Assembly (NCBI GenBank): GCA_910587775.1
Contig: CAJUNF010000001.1
Coordinates: forward strand, 34,770 to 98,769
Source of the DNA: an uncultured Bacilli bacterium
Lineage (GTDB): Bacteria; Bacillota_I; Bacilli_A; RF39; UBA660
Length of the DNA stretch: 64,000 nt
Direction of reading: 5' to 3'
Position numbers and translations under genes: made by a program. Every line of letters starts with the position of its first letter. The first letter of the stretch is position 1. The notes beneath the pieces are model-generated. The model did no database searches and was not told the DNA's origin. It saw nothing but the letters and a program-made list of their open reading frames with translations. Shown piece after piece: positions 1 through 9,788 of the stretch.

Positions 1-146
1 TCAGATAGCACTATGTTATAGTCATAATTTTCTAATCTTTTTTTTGCATTTAAAAATTTTTGCTGTTTTTCTTTTTTATCAATTCCAGAAGATGGTGCTG
101 GTATACCAATTGTGTCACCTTTTTGGATAAAATTAGGATATTTCAT
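1..146 (-). CDS. LD-carboxypeptidase (peptidase S66 family), N-terminal fragment; the CDS runs off the window start
   Basis: Minus-strand ATG at 146..144 reads MKYPNFIQKGDTIGIPAPSSGIDKKEK.... The GDxIGxxAPSS N-terminus is typical of LdcA/MccF-type carboxypeptidases. The frame is open to position 1. It is absent from the ORF track because it is truncated. Confidence 0.45.
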   Translation of the reverse strand, partial: MKYPNFIQKGDTIGIPAPSSGIDKKEKQQKFLNAKKRLENYDYNIVLS

Positions 147-489
147 TTTAATTGCCTTTCTTAGTTATAATTATCTATTAAAAATCAAATGTTGTAAACT
201 ATAAAATTACATATCATATGTAGATAAAAATTGTTTTTATAGTAGAATACACGAATATGATAATATTATTAAATTATCGGAAGATTTTAAAAACATTTTT
301 ATTAAAAATGCAGTGATTAATAAATTAATTCCATTTGATTACAACTTATCTAATATTCAAATATATAAATACACTACCTCTCAAGAGCATATTAATGGTT
401 ATGAAATGCGAAATCACATAAATAGAGGGATATATAGTATTCTTTTATTTCTGACTCCATAATAAAGGTCTAATTTATTATAATTTGTA

Positions 490-1119
490 CTATTGTTTAT
501 CTTTCCAAAAATCATAAATTATATTAGAAAGTTCTTTGGGATTATCAATATTAACTTCATGTGAGGAATTATTTATTATTTTCAATTCACTATTTTCTAT
601 ATTATCATTTAAATTTTTAGCACTTTTTATATTCACATTATCTTTAGATCCACATACAATTAAACTCTTGCATTTTATTATTTCTAAATCTTTTGCAATA
701 TTAAGATTACTCATTGAATTTATTAAACCAATAAACTCTTTTTTAGAACATCCCATCTTTTCAAATATCCTTTTTGGCATGATATGAAATATTATGCTTT
801 GTATTTTAAAAATTATTTTAGGGATTTTATATGGAGTACCAATCAAAATAATGGAATTTACTTTTTCTGGGTATTCTTTTACAAAGTCTAATGCTAATAT
901 CCCTCCCAAAGAAAGACCACACAAATTAAGTTTTTCTTTTTGATTTATACAAAAAGCAGAAAAAGCAGAATACATCATTTTATACTCTTTTAAATCATTT
1001 TTAGTTATTTCGAATAAGTTTGGACATATTGTATCAATTCCTTTTTCTTTAAGATATTCATTTGTATTATTCCAACTTTGATTGTTTTGTCCTAATCCGT
1101 GTATAAGAATGTTTTTCAT
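490..1119 (-). CDS. alpha/beta-fold hydrolase (esterase/lipase-like)
   Basis: 209-aa ORF with a GLSLGG nucleophile-elbow motif (GxSxG), an N-terminal HGLGQN oxyanion region and a C-terminal His. This is the canonical alpha/beta hydrolase layout. Confidence 0.6.
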   Translation of the reverse strand: MKNILIHGLGQNNQSWNNTNEYLKEKGIDTICPNLFEITKNDLKEYKMMYSAFSAFCINQKEKLNLCGLSLGGILALDFVKEYPEKVNSIILIGTPYKIPKIIFKIQSIIFHIMPKRIFEKMGCSKKEFIGLINSMSNLNIAKDLEIIKCKSLIVCGSKDNVNIKSAKNLNDNIENSELKIINNSSHEVNIDNPKELSNIIYDFWKDKQ

Positions 1120-1123
1120 AACA

Positions 1124-1915
1124 TCAATCCTTTTTATTAAAAAACTGTTTTAATGTCAAATATGATGCAATTGCAGTCATTATTACAGCACTAATAAGAT
1201 TTGGAATATTACTATCATTATTTGAAATATCTAATACTTTAGCACAAAATTGATTTGTAAATATTGTAATAAATGCTAAATTAAATAAACTGAAAGAAAT
1301 TTTGTAGTAAAGATTTATTTTAGTAAGTGTGCATACTAAAATAATAATCCATAAAAATACAAAAACGAATGATGCTATTAGAAAACTGTCTAATAACCAG
1401 TTTGTATTATTAACATAATTTATAGTAAATAATAGCATATATACTAATATTGTAACAATAAGAGAAATTTTACAAAATCTATATTTATTTTTCTTAAGAT
1501 ATAAAGGTAAACTTGTTATTGAAAATGAAATCAAGATACCTAACAATACTATTAAAAACCAAGACAGTTTATGATCTATTACTAAATTACAAAGAAAGCA
1601 AGTAACAATTCCAATCAAATAGCCTAAATTTATTATATTGAAAATCCACTTTTTAATGGTTCTATATTTTTGGATTTCTATTTTTTCTCTTGTTAATGCT
1701 TCATCATCACAAGCACAAAAAAACTCATGTTCAGATATGTGTAATTCCTTACATAAATTTGTTATAACTGTTATGTCTGGATATGATATTCCTCGTTCCC
1801 ATTTTGAGATTGTTGAAGGAATTACATATAATTTGTTTGCTAATTCTTCCTGAGTTAAACCTTTTTCTTTCCTTTTTTCGGCAATATATTTACCAAAACT
1901 TTTTTTATCTTGCAT
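1124..1915 (-). CDS. XRE-family HTH transcriptional regulator with a C-terminal multi-pass membrane domain
   Basis: The N-terminus KGLTQEELANKLYVIPSTISKWERGISYP is a Cro/C1-type HTH. It is followed by about five hydrophobic helices. Confidence 0.6.
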   Translation of the reverse strand: MQDKKSFGKYIAEKRKEKGLTQEELANKLYVIPSTISKWERGISYPDITVITNLCKELHISEHEFFCACDDEALTREKIEIQKYRTIKKWIFNIINLGYLIGIVTCFLCNLVIDHKLSWFLIVLLGILISFSITSLPLYLKKNKYRFCKISLIVTILVYMLLFTINYVNNTNWLLDSFLIASFVFVFLWIIILVCTLTKINLYYKISFSLFNLAFITIFTNQFCAKVLDISNNDSNIPNLISAVIMTAIASYLTLKQFFNKKD

Positions 1916-2050
1916 AAAAAGCTTCTCCTTTCAAAATTATTTTATTATCTATATTTATTTTTAACAATGGCTAGTTGAGCCACCTACAAAATACTACTTA
2001 TGAATTTATCCTTTTTAAATAGTATATACTAAGATTTCATTTTGTAAGTA

Positions 2051-2078
2051 TAGAAAAAGATAGCATTTACGCTATCTT
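2051..2078 (-). terminator. rho-independent terminator downstream of secA
   Basis: AGATAGC (2058-2064) and GCTATCT (2071-2077) form a 7-bp perfect stem with a 6-nt loop. On the minus strand the stem is followed by a U-run. Confidence 0.4.
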
Positions 2079-2156
2079 AAATTTGTCACATTAATTTTTC
2101 ATTAAAAGAGTTTTAAAATATATTTTTTTAATTCTTGTAATTCCTTATGAAATAAA

Positions 2157-4643
2157 TTATTTACCACAACAATTCTTATATTTTTTACCTGAACCACAAG
2201 GACACATATCGTTTCTTCCTACCTTTTTCTCATTTTTAACGGTATGACCAACTTTTTCTTTTCCATCATTTGCAGTTCCTTTAATTACTTGTTTTCTTTC
2301 AATATTTTGTTCTATTTCTGCTTTTAGTAAGAACTGTGCAACATCACTATCAATTTTATCTAGTAAACGTTCAAATAATTCATAGCCTTCCATAGTATAT
2401 GCTTGAAGTGGATTTGTTTGTCCATATCCTCTTAACATAATTCCATCTTTTAAGTGTTCCATTTCATTTAAATGATTTACCCATAATGAATCTATTACAC
2501 GTAATGTGATTGCTTTTTCAAATTCTTCAAAAGCTGGGGCATCTTTTATTTTTTCTTCATAGTCTTCATTAATTTTATTAAATAATAAATCAATAATCTC
2601 TTCTTCTTTTTTATCATTCAGAGCTTCAACAGTTAACTTTTCACCTTTTATAAAATTAGTATTTACATATTCAATAATTTCTTGTTTATCATTATCAGTT
2701 AAATAACCTTCTGGAGCAATATGACTTTCTACAATATTTGTGATGGTATTTTTAAAAGTATCTTTAATAGTATCATGAATACTCTCTTGCTCTAAAACTT
2801 CATTTCTTTTATCGTAAATAATCAAACGTTGTTCATTTACTACATTATCATAATCAAGTAAGCTTTTACGCATGTCGAAGTTATTGCCTTCTACTTTCTT
2901 TTGAGCAGATTCAATACTTCTAGTTAATGATTTAGAACGTATGGATTGACTTCCTACCATTCCTAGTGCTTCTACCATTCTTTTTACTTTATCAGTTCCA
3001 AAACGACGCATTAATTCATCTTCAAATGACACAAAGAATTGACTCATTCCAGGATCTCCTTGACGTCCAGCACGACCACGTAACTGATTGTCAATACGAC
3101 GAGATTCGTGACGTTCTGTTCCAATTACACAAAGACCACCTAATTCTTTTACACCTTCACCAAGTTTAATGTCGGTACCACGTCCTGCCATATTCGTTGC
3201 AATTGTTATTGCTCCTACTTCTCCAGCTTTTGCTATAATCTCTGCTTCACGAGCATGATTTTTAGCATTTAAAATTTCGTGTTTTAATTTTGCTTTTGTA
3301 AGTAGTGAACCTAAATATTCATTTGCTTCAACTGAGATAGTACCAACTAAAATTGGTTGTCCTGTTTTATGAATTTCTTTAATTGTTTCTACAATTGCTT
3401 CATATTTTCCTGCCATATTTGAATATAATAAATCTGCTCGATCATCACGAATTACTGGTTTGTTAGTAGGGATTTGAATAACGTACATGTTATAAATATT
3501 TCTAAATTCTTCTTCTTCTGTTTTTGCAGTACCTGTCATACCAGATAATTTCTTATACATTCTAAATAAATTTTGGAATGTAATGGTTGCCATTGTTCTA
3601 GTTTCTTCATTAATTTTTACATTTTCTTTAGCTTCTATAGCTTGATGTAATCCTTCACTAAATTGACGACCTTTCATTAAACGTCCAGTAAATTGATCAA
3701 CAATGATAACTTCATTATTGTCTACAACATAGTCAACATCTTTTTTAAATGCATAATTTGCTTTTAGCGCTTGATTAACATGATGAACTAAAGCTGAGTT
3801 TTCTAAATCATATAAATTGTTGATATGAAAATATTTTTCTACTTTAGAGACACCATTTTCCATTAAAGATGTGTTCTTTGTTTTTGGATCAAAATCATAA
3901 TCTTCATTTTCAATTAGATTTTGAACTGCAGCATTTGCATCAATATATAAGTCTTTTGTATTAGATTTTCCACCAGAAATAATTAAAGGAGTACGAGCTT
4001 CATCAATCAAAATAGAGTCTACTTCATCGACAATACAGAAATTTAATGGTCTTTGTACTCGATCATTTTTTTGTACTACCATATTGTCTCTTAAATAGTC
4101 AAATCCAATTTCACTATTCGTTGAGTATAAAATATCAGCATTGTATGCTTCTTGTTTTTCTTTTGAACTCATTTCGCGTAAATTTAAACCAATTGTTAAA
4201 CCTAAAAATTCAAAAATACTTCCCATCCACTCTGAATCACGTTTTGCTAAGAATTCATTTACAGTAACAATGTGTACACCTTCTCCAGTTAAAGCATTTA
4301 AATATGCTGGCATTGTCTCTGTTAATGTTTTTCCTTCTCCGGTTTTCATTTCAGCAATATTACCAAAATGAATTGCTAATCCTCCTAAAATTTGGACAAA
4401 ATATGGTTTTTCTCCAATTACACGATAATCAGCTTCTCTTACAACTGCATATGCTTCTACTAAAATGTCGTCTAAGGTTTCACCATTTGCTAATCTTTCT
4501 TTAAATTCGGTTGTTTTATTTTTTAATTCGTCGTCTGATAAATTGCTAATTTTTTCTTCTAAGGCAACGATTTCATTTGCTAAAATTTCAAATCTTTTTA
4601 GCTCTTTGTATTCTGAGTCTATTAATTTTCTAAAAAATCCCAT
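2157..4643 (-). CDS. secA: preprotein translocase ATPase SecA
   Basis: 828 aa with DEAD-like motor motifs and a C-terminal zinc-binding tail CPCGSGKKYKNCCGK characteristic of SecA. Confidence 0.95.
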   Translation of the reverse strand: MGFFRKLIDSEYKELKRFEILANEIVALEEKISNLSDDELKNKTTEFKERLANGETLDDILVEAYAVVREADYRVIGEKPYFVQILGGLAIHFGNIAEMKTGEGKTLTETMPAYLNALTGEGVHIVTVNEFLAKRDSEWMGSIFEFLGLTIGLNLREMSSKEKQEAYNADILYSTNSEIGFDYLRDNMVVQKNDRVQRPLNFCIVDEVDSILIDEARTPLIISGGKSNTKDLYIDANAAVQNLIENEDYDFDPKTKNTSLMENGVSKVEKYFHINNLYDLENSALVHHVNQALKANYAFKKDVDYVVDNNEVIIVDQFTGRLMKGRQFSEGLHQAIEAKENVKINEETRTMATITFQNLFRMYKKLSGMTGTAKTEEEEFRNIYNMYVIQIPTNKPVIRDDRADLLYSNMAGKYEAIVETIKEIHKTGQPILVGTISVEANEYLGSLLTKAKLKHEILNAKNHAREAEIIAKAGEVGAITIATNMAGRGTDIKLGEGVKELGGLCVIGTERHESRRIDNQLRGRAGRQGDPGMSQFFVSFEDELMRRFGTDKVKRMVEALGMVGSQSIRSKSLTRSIESAQKKVEGNNFDMRKSLLDYDNVVNEQRLIIYDKRNEVLEQESIHDTIKDTFKNTITNIVESHIAPEGYLTDNDKQEIIEYVNTNFIKGEKLTVEALNDKKEEEIIDLLFNKINEDYEEKIKDAPAFEEFEKAITLRVIDSLWVNHLNEMEHLKDGIMLRGYGQTNPLQAYTMEGYELFERLLDKIDSDVAQFLLKAEIEQNIERKQVIKGTANDGKEKVGHTVKNEKKVGRNDMCPCGSGKKYKNCCGK

Positions 4644-4782
4644 AGTTTCTAACCTCCATCAAATGTATTTTATCATAAACTTAGAAAAAATAATATTTTT
4701 CTTTCTAATTTCATAGTATAAGTGATATTCTATCGCATTTTTTGTCAAATGAAAAGAAATACCCAACGATGAAAGAGTATTT

Positions 4783-6537
4783 CTAAATATTTATTTTTTT
4801 CTTTCCTTTTCCTTTTCTTTTTTGTTGTAAATATTCTTCAATTATATTAAAGACTTCTATTTCTTCTCCTTCTACTCTTTTTTCATAAATTACAAATTTA
4901 TCATTTTCTATTATTTTAGCATTTGCAAAAAAATCATTAAAATTTACATATTTAACTGAACCATCTTTATAGCTTACAAGTAATGTTGGAGTGATATCAT
5001 TATCTTCTTTTGGTATTTCAACTTTCCAATAAAATTCATTACTATCATTATCGTATTTTACTTTAAAGATTTTATAGTCTATTATTTGGGGAATTTGATA
5101 CAAATTATCATTTTTTATGAAAATAACATCATTTCTCCCAACTAAAGAATTATATTCTTCATACCCACAAAAAGCAAAATTATTTTGAATTACTTCTTTG
5201 AATTCAGTTAATATTCTTTTTATTGTTTCTTTTTGAAGATCATTTTCATATTCTTTGGTTTCAAAATATTTTAAAATATGATTTATTTCGCAAATACGAT
5301 ATAAGTCAATATCTCTTCTATTTAAGATGTCTAAATATATTTTTAAATATGTTATTATTGCTTGTTCATCATTTTTCTCTATTCCATAAATAATCCATTT
5401 TAAGTTAATGTCTATTGTTTGATAAAAGTTTGAAATTCCATAAATATATTCTTTTTTCTCATTTTCACTTAAATTATTATAATAGTATTCCATCATTGGA
5501 TTTTTATTTTGTAAGTAGCTTATTAGAGTTAAAATCTCACTATTTGAAGATAAAGAACTTTCTAAAAAATCATTTGTGATTCTATTTAAAACATTCGGTA
5601 TATTCTCAGGTAATGTTTTACTAGGTACATTGATTACTGTATTTAATGTATCATTCATTACTTTTATAGGATATTCATCTTTTCCTCTTGATAGAAAAGA
5701 CCCAACCGGAATAAAGTTTACTTCTTTATTTTGGATACAAGAAATAAGTAACTCTTTTTCTAATGGAATTGAATCGTAAGTATCTATAATCTTTTCTGTT
5801 ATATCAAAGTAAACGTAATTATCTAAATTTTTAGTACTATTAAGTGTGCTATTTAGTTTCATTAAATCTAGTAAAAGAATTTTTACTTTGTCAATCGTAA
5901 TACCAGCTTTTTCATGGATTAGGTCGATAAGCTTTTCTTCCTGATTTGTTAGTAATAAATAAATTGTTTCATCTTTTCCAACAATATCACAAATAATTGA
6001 TAAACGAATATTTCCAGTATAATCCTTTTTCTCTGAGGATACTATACTTTGTATACAATCTGAAACTAAGTTGTTTTTTTGAATTATGGTTTCATAGTCT
6101 TGTTCCAATAATTCAAATATTTTACGCATATCCATTAAATTAAGACGATATTTATAATTAGCTACTATATAGCGATAAATCGGTAGGTATTCTTCTTTTT
6201 TATAAATTTTTATATAACTTAATATTTCATCACAAATGATTTGATTTTCTGATTCATTATCTAAGAAACATTCTATTGAGGTTTTTACCATTTGATAGTT
6301 TGAATATCCATTTGTTTTCTTTAATAGACCTACTCCAAGTACTGTTAAAAATAAAGCTGTATATCCAGTTTTTTTGATATCATGCATTATTTCTTTTTTT
6401 AATTGTTCTGCGTAATCTTTTTTCTCTTTTTTACTGGCTTGACCAATTTTCTTCGTTTCTTCATCATAATAGTAAAGTTTTCCATTTTTATTTAGGCGAT
6501 AAACTCTTGTTTTTTTCATATAATCCTCTTTTTTCAA
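4783..6537 (-). CDS. hypothetical protein with a single N-proximal TM helix; no recognisable catalytic motif
   Basis: 584-aa ORF with a Lys-rich N-terminus and one hydrophobic helix (TGYTALFLTVLGVGLL). No Walker A, nuclease or other motif was found. It sits between secA and hpf. Confidence 0.5.
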   Translation of the reverse strand: MKKEDYMKKTRVYRLNKNGKLYYYDEETKKIGQASKKEKKDYAEQLKKEIMHDIKKTGYTALFLTVLGVGLLKKTNGYSNYQMVKTSIECFLDNESENQIICDEILSYIKIYKKEEYLPIYRYIVANYKYRLNLMDMRKIFELLEQDYETIIQKNNLVSDCIQSIVSSEKKDYTGNIRLSIICDIVGKDETIYLLLTNQEEKLIDLIHEKAGITIDKVKILLLDLMKLNSTLNSTKNLDNYVYFDITEKIIDTYDSIPLEKELLISCIQNKEVNFIPVGSFLSRGKDEYPIKVMNDTLNTVINVPSKTLPENIPNVLNRITNDFLESSLSSNSEILTLISYLQNKNPMMEYYYNNLSENEKKEYIYGISNFYQTIDINLKWIIYGIEKNDEQAIITYLKIYLDILNRRDIDLYRICEINHILKYFETKEYENDLQKETIKRILTEFKEVIQNNFAFCGYEEYNSLVGRNDVIFIKNDNLYQIPQIIDYKIFKVKYDNDSNEFYWKVEIPKEDNDITPTLLVSYKDGSVKYVNFNDFFANAKIIENDKFVIYEKRVEGEEIEVFNIIEEYLQQKRKGKGKKKINI

Positions 6538-6594
6538 GTAGCCTTATTGTAACGCAAGTTTCTATATTTAAAAAGGAAAATCTTTCGATTCCCC

Positions 6595-7128
6595 TTATTT
6601 TGCATTTATAATACCATAAGTATTATCTTTTCTTTTGTAAACAACAGATGTACATTCTTCTATTTCGTTTTTAAAAATGAAGAAATCGTGTCCTAATAAT
6701 TCCATTTGTAAAATAGCTTCTTCTTCGTCCATAGGTTTCATTTCAAAGTCTTTACGACGAACTATTTTTTTCTCTTCTTGTTCTTCTTCTACACTTTCAA
6801 AAGCCATATTTATTTCAAAGGATGGAACACTTTTGTATTTTCTATTTAATCTAGTTTTATTTTTTCTTATTTGTCTTTCTAGTTTATCCATTACTAAATT
6901 AATGGCAGCATATAAATCTTCATTTGTTTCTTCTGCTCTTAGCGTGAATTTTTTTGTTGGTATGGTTACTTCAACTGTTTGGTCCTTACCATTTACTCTT
7001 GCTAAAACATGGGCGGTTATTTCTTCTGGTATTTCAAAATAGTTATCTAATTTTTTTATTTTTTCCATTATTTGATTTTTAATGGCCTCTGTAATTTCTA
7101 TATTGCTACCACGAACATTTAATTTCAT
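6595..7128 (-). CDS. hpf: ribosome hibernation promoting factor, long form (RaiA/HPF)
   Basis: MKLNVRGSNIEITEAIKNQIMEKIKKLDNYF... is the typical sigma-54-modulation/HPF N-domain. It carries the C-terminal dimerisation extension, for 177 aa total. Confidence 0.85.
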   Translation of the reverse strand: MKLNVRGSNIEITEAIKNQIMEKIKKLDNYFEIPEEITAHVLARVNGKDQTVEVTIPTKKFTLRAEETNEDLYAAINLVMDKLERQIRKNKTRLNRKYKSVPSFEINMAFESVEEEQEEKKIVRRKDFEMKPMDEEEAILQMELLGHDFFIFKNEIEECTSVVYKRKDNTYGIINAK

Positions 7129-7180
7129 ATGATCACCTTCCTAGTTTCAGTATAGCAAAAATTGAAGAAAAAAACTACTG

Positions 7181-7399
7181 TTATTCTACAGTAGCTAAAT
7201 TTGTCTCCATTACATCAACGGCTTGTAATCCTTTAGATGTTTCTATTAATTTAAAATCTACAAGTTCGCCTTCTTTTAAAGTTTTATATCCTTCTTTAAC
7301 AATAGCGGAATAATGAACGAAAATATCTTCTAAGTTTTCGTATTCTATAAAACCATATCCTTTAGTATTGTTAAACCATTTTACTTTTCCTCGCAACAT
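7181..7399 (-). CDS. cold-shock protein (CspA family)
   Basis: MLRGKVKWFNNTKGYGFIEYE... contains the RNP1/RNP2 cold-shock domain motifs. Length is about 70 aa. Confidence 0.85.
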   Translation of the reverse strand: MLRGKVKWFNNTKGYGFIEYENLEDIFVHYSAIVKEGYKTLKEGELVDFKLIETSKGLQAVDVMETNLATVE

Positions 7400-7722
7400 T
7401 CACACCTCTCCTTCTTACTCTATTTACTGCTGATACTACCTTATCATGAATTTCTTTACAGACACAACATAAACCAGTCGACAAATATTTTAAATATTGG
7501 TATATGTTAAACTCATGACATAACTACCATACATTAAATTTTCTGTTTTATTTTTTTCTATGTCTTAAATGATTCAAAATACGTTCGAATTTCATTTTTA
7601 TGATTGTTAATTTTTTGGGAAATCTTTTTCGATTTTGTTTTTTCATTGTTCAAACTAAAAGTCGTTTTTTGCCTTTTTTCTGGGATATAATTCGACTGTA
7701 TTACAAGAAAGGGCAGTATTGA

Positions 7723-8337
7723 GTGAAGAAAAAATTTATAGAAAACGGATATCATTTTATAGCTCGCTACCAAGAGTGTGATCAAGTAAAAACGATTCGT
7801 ATTAAATATGGATTAGAAGCTTTTTATAATTTACTTACAAAAGCTATATTCTTATTATTTGTTACAATCTGTTGCGGTTTATTAAAAGAATATCTTCTGT
7901 TATGTATTATTTATTCTTTAACTAGAAGATATACTTATGGACTACATGCAAGATCAACTGTTATATGTTGGATTACAACTATTCCAATTTATCTTGGAGG
8001 ATGCTTTTTTATTCGTTTTGCTAGTATTCCAATTCAAGTTATCTTTGTAATTTGGATATGTGCATTTCTTTCTTTTCTGTTGTGGGCTCCAGCGGATACC
8101 CCATCTACTCCACTCATACGTTCTGAAGTTAGAAAAAAGCAGAAAATAAAAGCTTGTCTAACTTGTATTATTTTTTTGATCGTAATGTATTTCATTCCAC
8201 AAAAAATAATTATTAATACAATTTGTTATGCACTTGTAGTACAGTCAATAAGTATAAATCCTATTACTTACTGGCTTACTAATACGCCTTATCAAAATTA
8301 TAAGACGTATTTAAAAAATCATGGTTTAAATGGTTAA
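7723..8337 (+). CDS. agrB: accessory gene regulator B (AgrD-processing membrane peptidase)
   Basis: 204 aa with multiple TM segments. The signature RRYTYGLHARSTVICW aligns with the AgrB catalytic region R-R-x-x-x-G-x-H-A. It is followed directly by a small AgrD-like ORF. GTG start at 7723. Confidence 0.8.
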   Translation: MKKKFIENGYHFIARYQECDQVKTIRIKYGLEAFYNLLTKAIFLLFVTICCGLLKEYLLLCIIYSLTRRYTYGLHARSTVICWITTIPIYLGGCFFIRFASIPIQVIFVIWICAFLSFLLWAPADTPSTPLIRSEVRKKQKIKACLTCIIFLIVMYFIPQKIIINTICYALVVQSISINPITYWLTNTPYQNYKTYLKNHGLNG

Positions 8338-8377
8338 TATATATTTAAACAAAATTCAGTTTAAAGGAGGGAAAATT

Positions 8378-8494
8378 GTGAACATTTTTGCTAATGTACT
8401 TTCTGGAATTGCAGATTTATTTGCTAACGTTCCTACAGTTGCTTGTGCTTTCTTATTTTTTGATGAACCAGTAGCACCTGAAGAAATTTTATAA
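8378..8494 (+). CDS. agrD: autoinducing peptide precursor AgrD (38 aa). It is not in the ORF track.
   Basis: RBS AAAGGAGGG at 8364-8372, then GTG at 8378. The translation is MNIFANVLSGIADLFANVPTVACAFLFFDEPVAPEEIL. It shows an N-terminal amphipathic leader, a single Cys five or six residues upstream of a DEPxxPEE acidic tail (compare staphylococcal DEVEVPKEL), and a TAA stop at 8492. Confidence 0.65.
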   Translation: MNIFANVLSGIADLFANVPTVACAFLFFDEPVAPEEIL

Positions 8495-8500
8495 TTATCA

Positions 8501-8535
8501 AAAAAAGATCAAGGCCATATGATCTTTTTTATTTT
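8501..8535. terminator. bidirectional rho-independent terminator shared by convergent agrBD and agrCA
   Basis: An A6 run, then AAGATC (8505-8510), a loop, then GATCTT (8521-8526), then a T-run. On the minus strand the same hairpin is followed by a U-run and overlaps the agrC stop at 8529. Confidence 0.5.
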
Positions 8536-9788
8536 TTCTCAATACTAATTTCACTACGAAATAAATTATTAATTATTGTATTTTTTATTTTTATTTTCTT
8601 TCTTCCCATTATAGAGAATAGTCCTATACCATGGCCAGAATTTTTACTAGTATAGTGTAATTTTCCTAATTCATCTAGATCTAAAATATTTGAAAATGTA
8701 TTCATAACTTTAATTATATATTTTTCTTCTGTTTCAGATAAAGTAATAGCAATAATTTTATCTTTACTTTGAATAGAAGCTTCTAAGGCATTATCTAATA
8801 TTACACCTAAAGATTCACATAATAAATTGTAACTTCTTGCTGTTAGCATATCTACTACATTGGATTCAATGGTATTTTCAATATTTAAGTTTAATGACTC
8901 ACAATTATGGTTGTATATCTTTTCATAAACTAACCCATTAATACCAAGAGGCATCTTTTGCATTCCTTGTACACCTTGGAAACTTTTATTATATTCTTTA
9001 ATTAAATCATCAATTAATTCACATGATTTTTTATTTGAAACACTTTTTATTCCAATTAATTGATTAACAATATTATGTCGCATTATTTTATAATCGTTTA
9101 CAATATTTAAATAAAACTCGTTATTTTTAATCAGGTATTGATTCATTTCTTTTAATGTATAAATATTATATTCATTTACTACATAGAATATAAATAAAAT
9201 TAATACAACGATTAAAATCAAAAATATCATAAAATTATAAGATACTTTATCTAAATTTAAACTACACATAGTTCCACAAAAAATGATAATTCCTAGTAAA
9301 AGAACTGTTTTAGTATAAAATTGATTATTAGTTAAAATTTCATACAATTTTTGAAACATTTTTATAATCTTTTTTTGTGACATTAATAGATATAGGAATG
9401 TTTGATAACTCAGTGTAGATATAGCTTTAAAATAATTTATTGGGATAGTATTTGCTAAATGTTCTATTTTAATTAGTCCCATAATAATCATAATGGTAAA
9501 ATCAAATGCTATTGCTACACACCAAATAAATAACGTTTTATAAATTGCTTCGCCATATTTGACTTTAAAAAGATGTTTAAATAAAATAATAAAATATACA
9601 ATAGATAAGATTACAGTTAATGGTTGAGTCAATATTTTCTCACTATAAATTAATATTCCTGCTATTAAAGTATAGAAAATTAACATACTCAATTTCCATT
9701 CAACTTTTTTGGAAACTAATTTCCCAAAAATAATTGTGTATACGATTTGAGTAATGAAGCTTGAGAATAAATATAAGAGATCTGCCAT
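8529..9788 (-). CDS. agrC: AgrC-like membrane sensor histidine kinase (GHKL/HATPase_c_5 type)
   Basis: 419 aa with about six N-terminal TM helices. The H-box IMRHNIVNQL resembles the AgrC RHDY region. The C-terminal ATPase region carries GHGIGL. It is translationally coupled to the upstream LytTR regulator, with the stop and start sharing position 9788. Confidence 0.75.
   Translation of the reverse strand: MADLLYLFSSFITQIVYTIIFGKLVSKKVEWKLSMLIFYTLIAGILIYSEKILTQPLTVILSIVYFIILFKHLFKVKYGEAIYKTLFIWCVAIAFDFTIMIIMGLIKIEHLANTIPINYFKAISTLSYQTFLYLLMSQKKIIKMFQKLYEILTNNQFYTKTVLLLGIIIFCGTMCSLNLDKVSYNFMIFLILIVVLILFIFYVVNEYNIYTLKEMNQYLIKNNEFYLNIVNDYKIMRHNIVNQLIGIKSVSNKKSCELIDDLIKEYNKSFQGVQGMQKMPLGINGLVYEKIYNHNCESLNLNIENTIESNVVDMLTARSYNLLCESLGVILDNALEASIQSKDKIIAITLSETEEKYIIKVMNTFSNILDLDELGKLHYTSKNSGHGIGLFSIMGRKKIKIKNTIINNLFRSEISIEKK

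Noticed and set aside
536-4716. Short plus-strand ORFs at 536-787, 1638-1853, 2966-3169, 4046-4267, 4141-4371, 4304-4504 and 4465-4716
   Set aside because: All are embedded antisense within the hydrolase, XRE-regulator or secA genes, which have clear homology. None has an RBS or recognisable motifs.
7558-7785. 75-aa minus-strand ORF overlapping the agrB start
   Set aside because: It overlaps the agrB promoter and 5' end, has no RBS, and has Lys-rich low-complexity composition. It is likely spurious.
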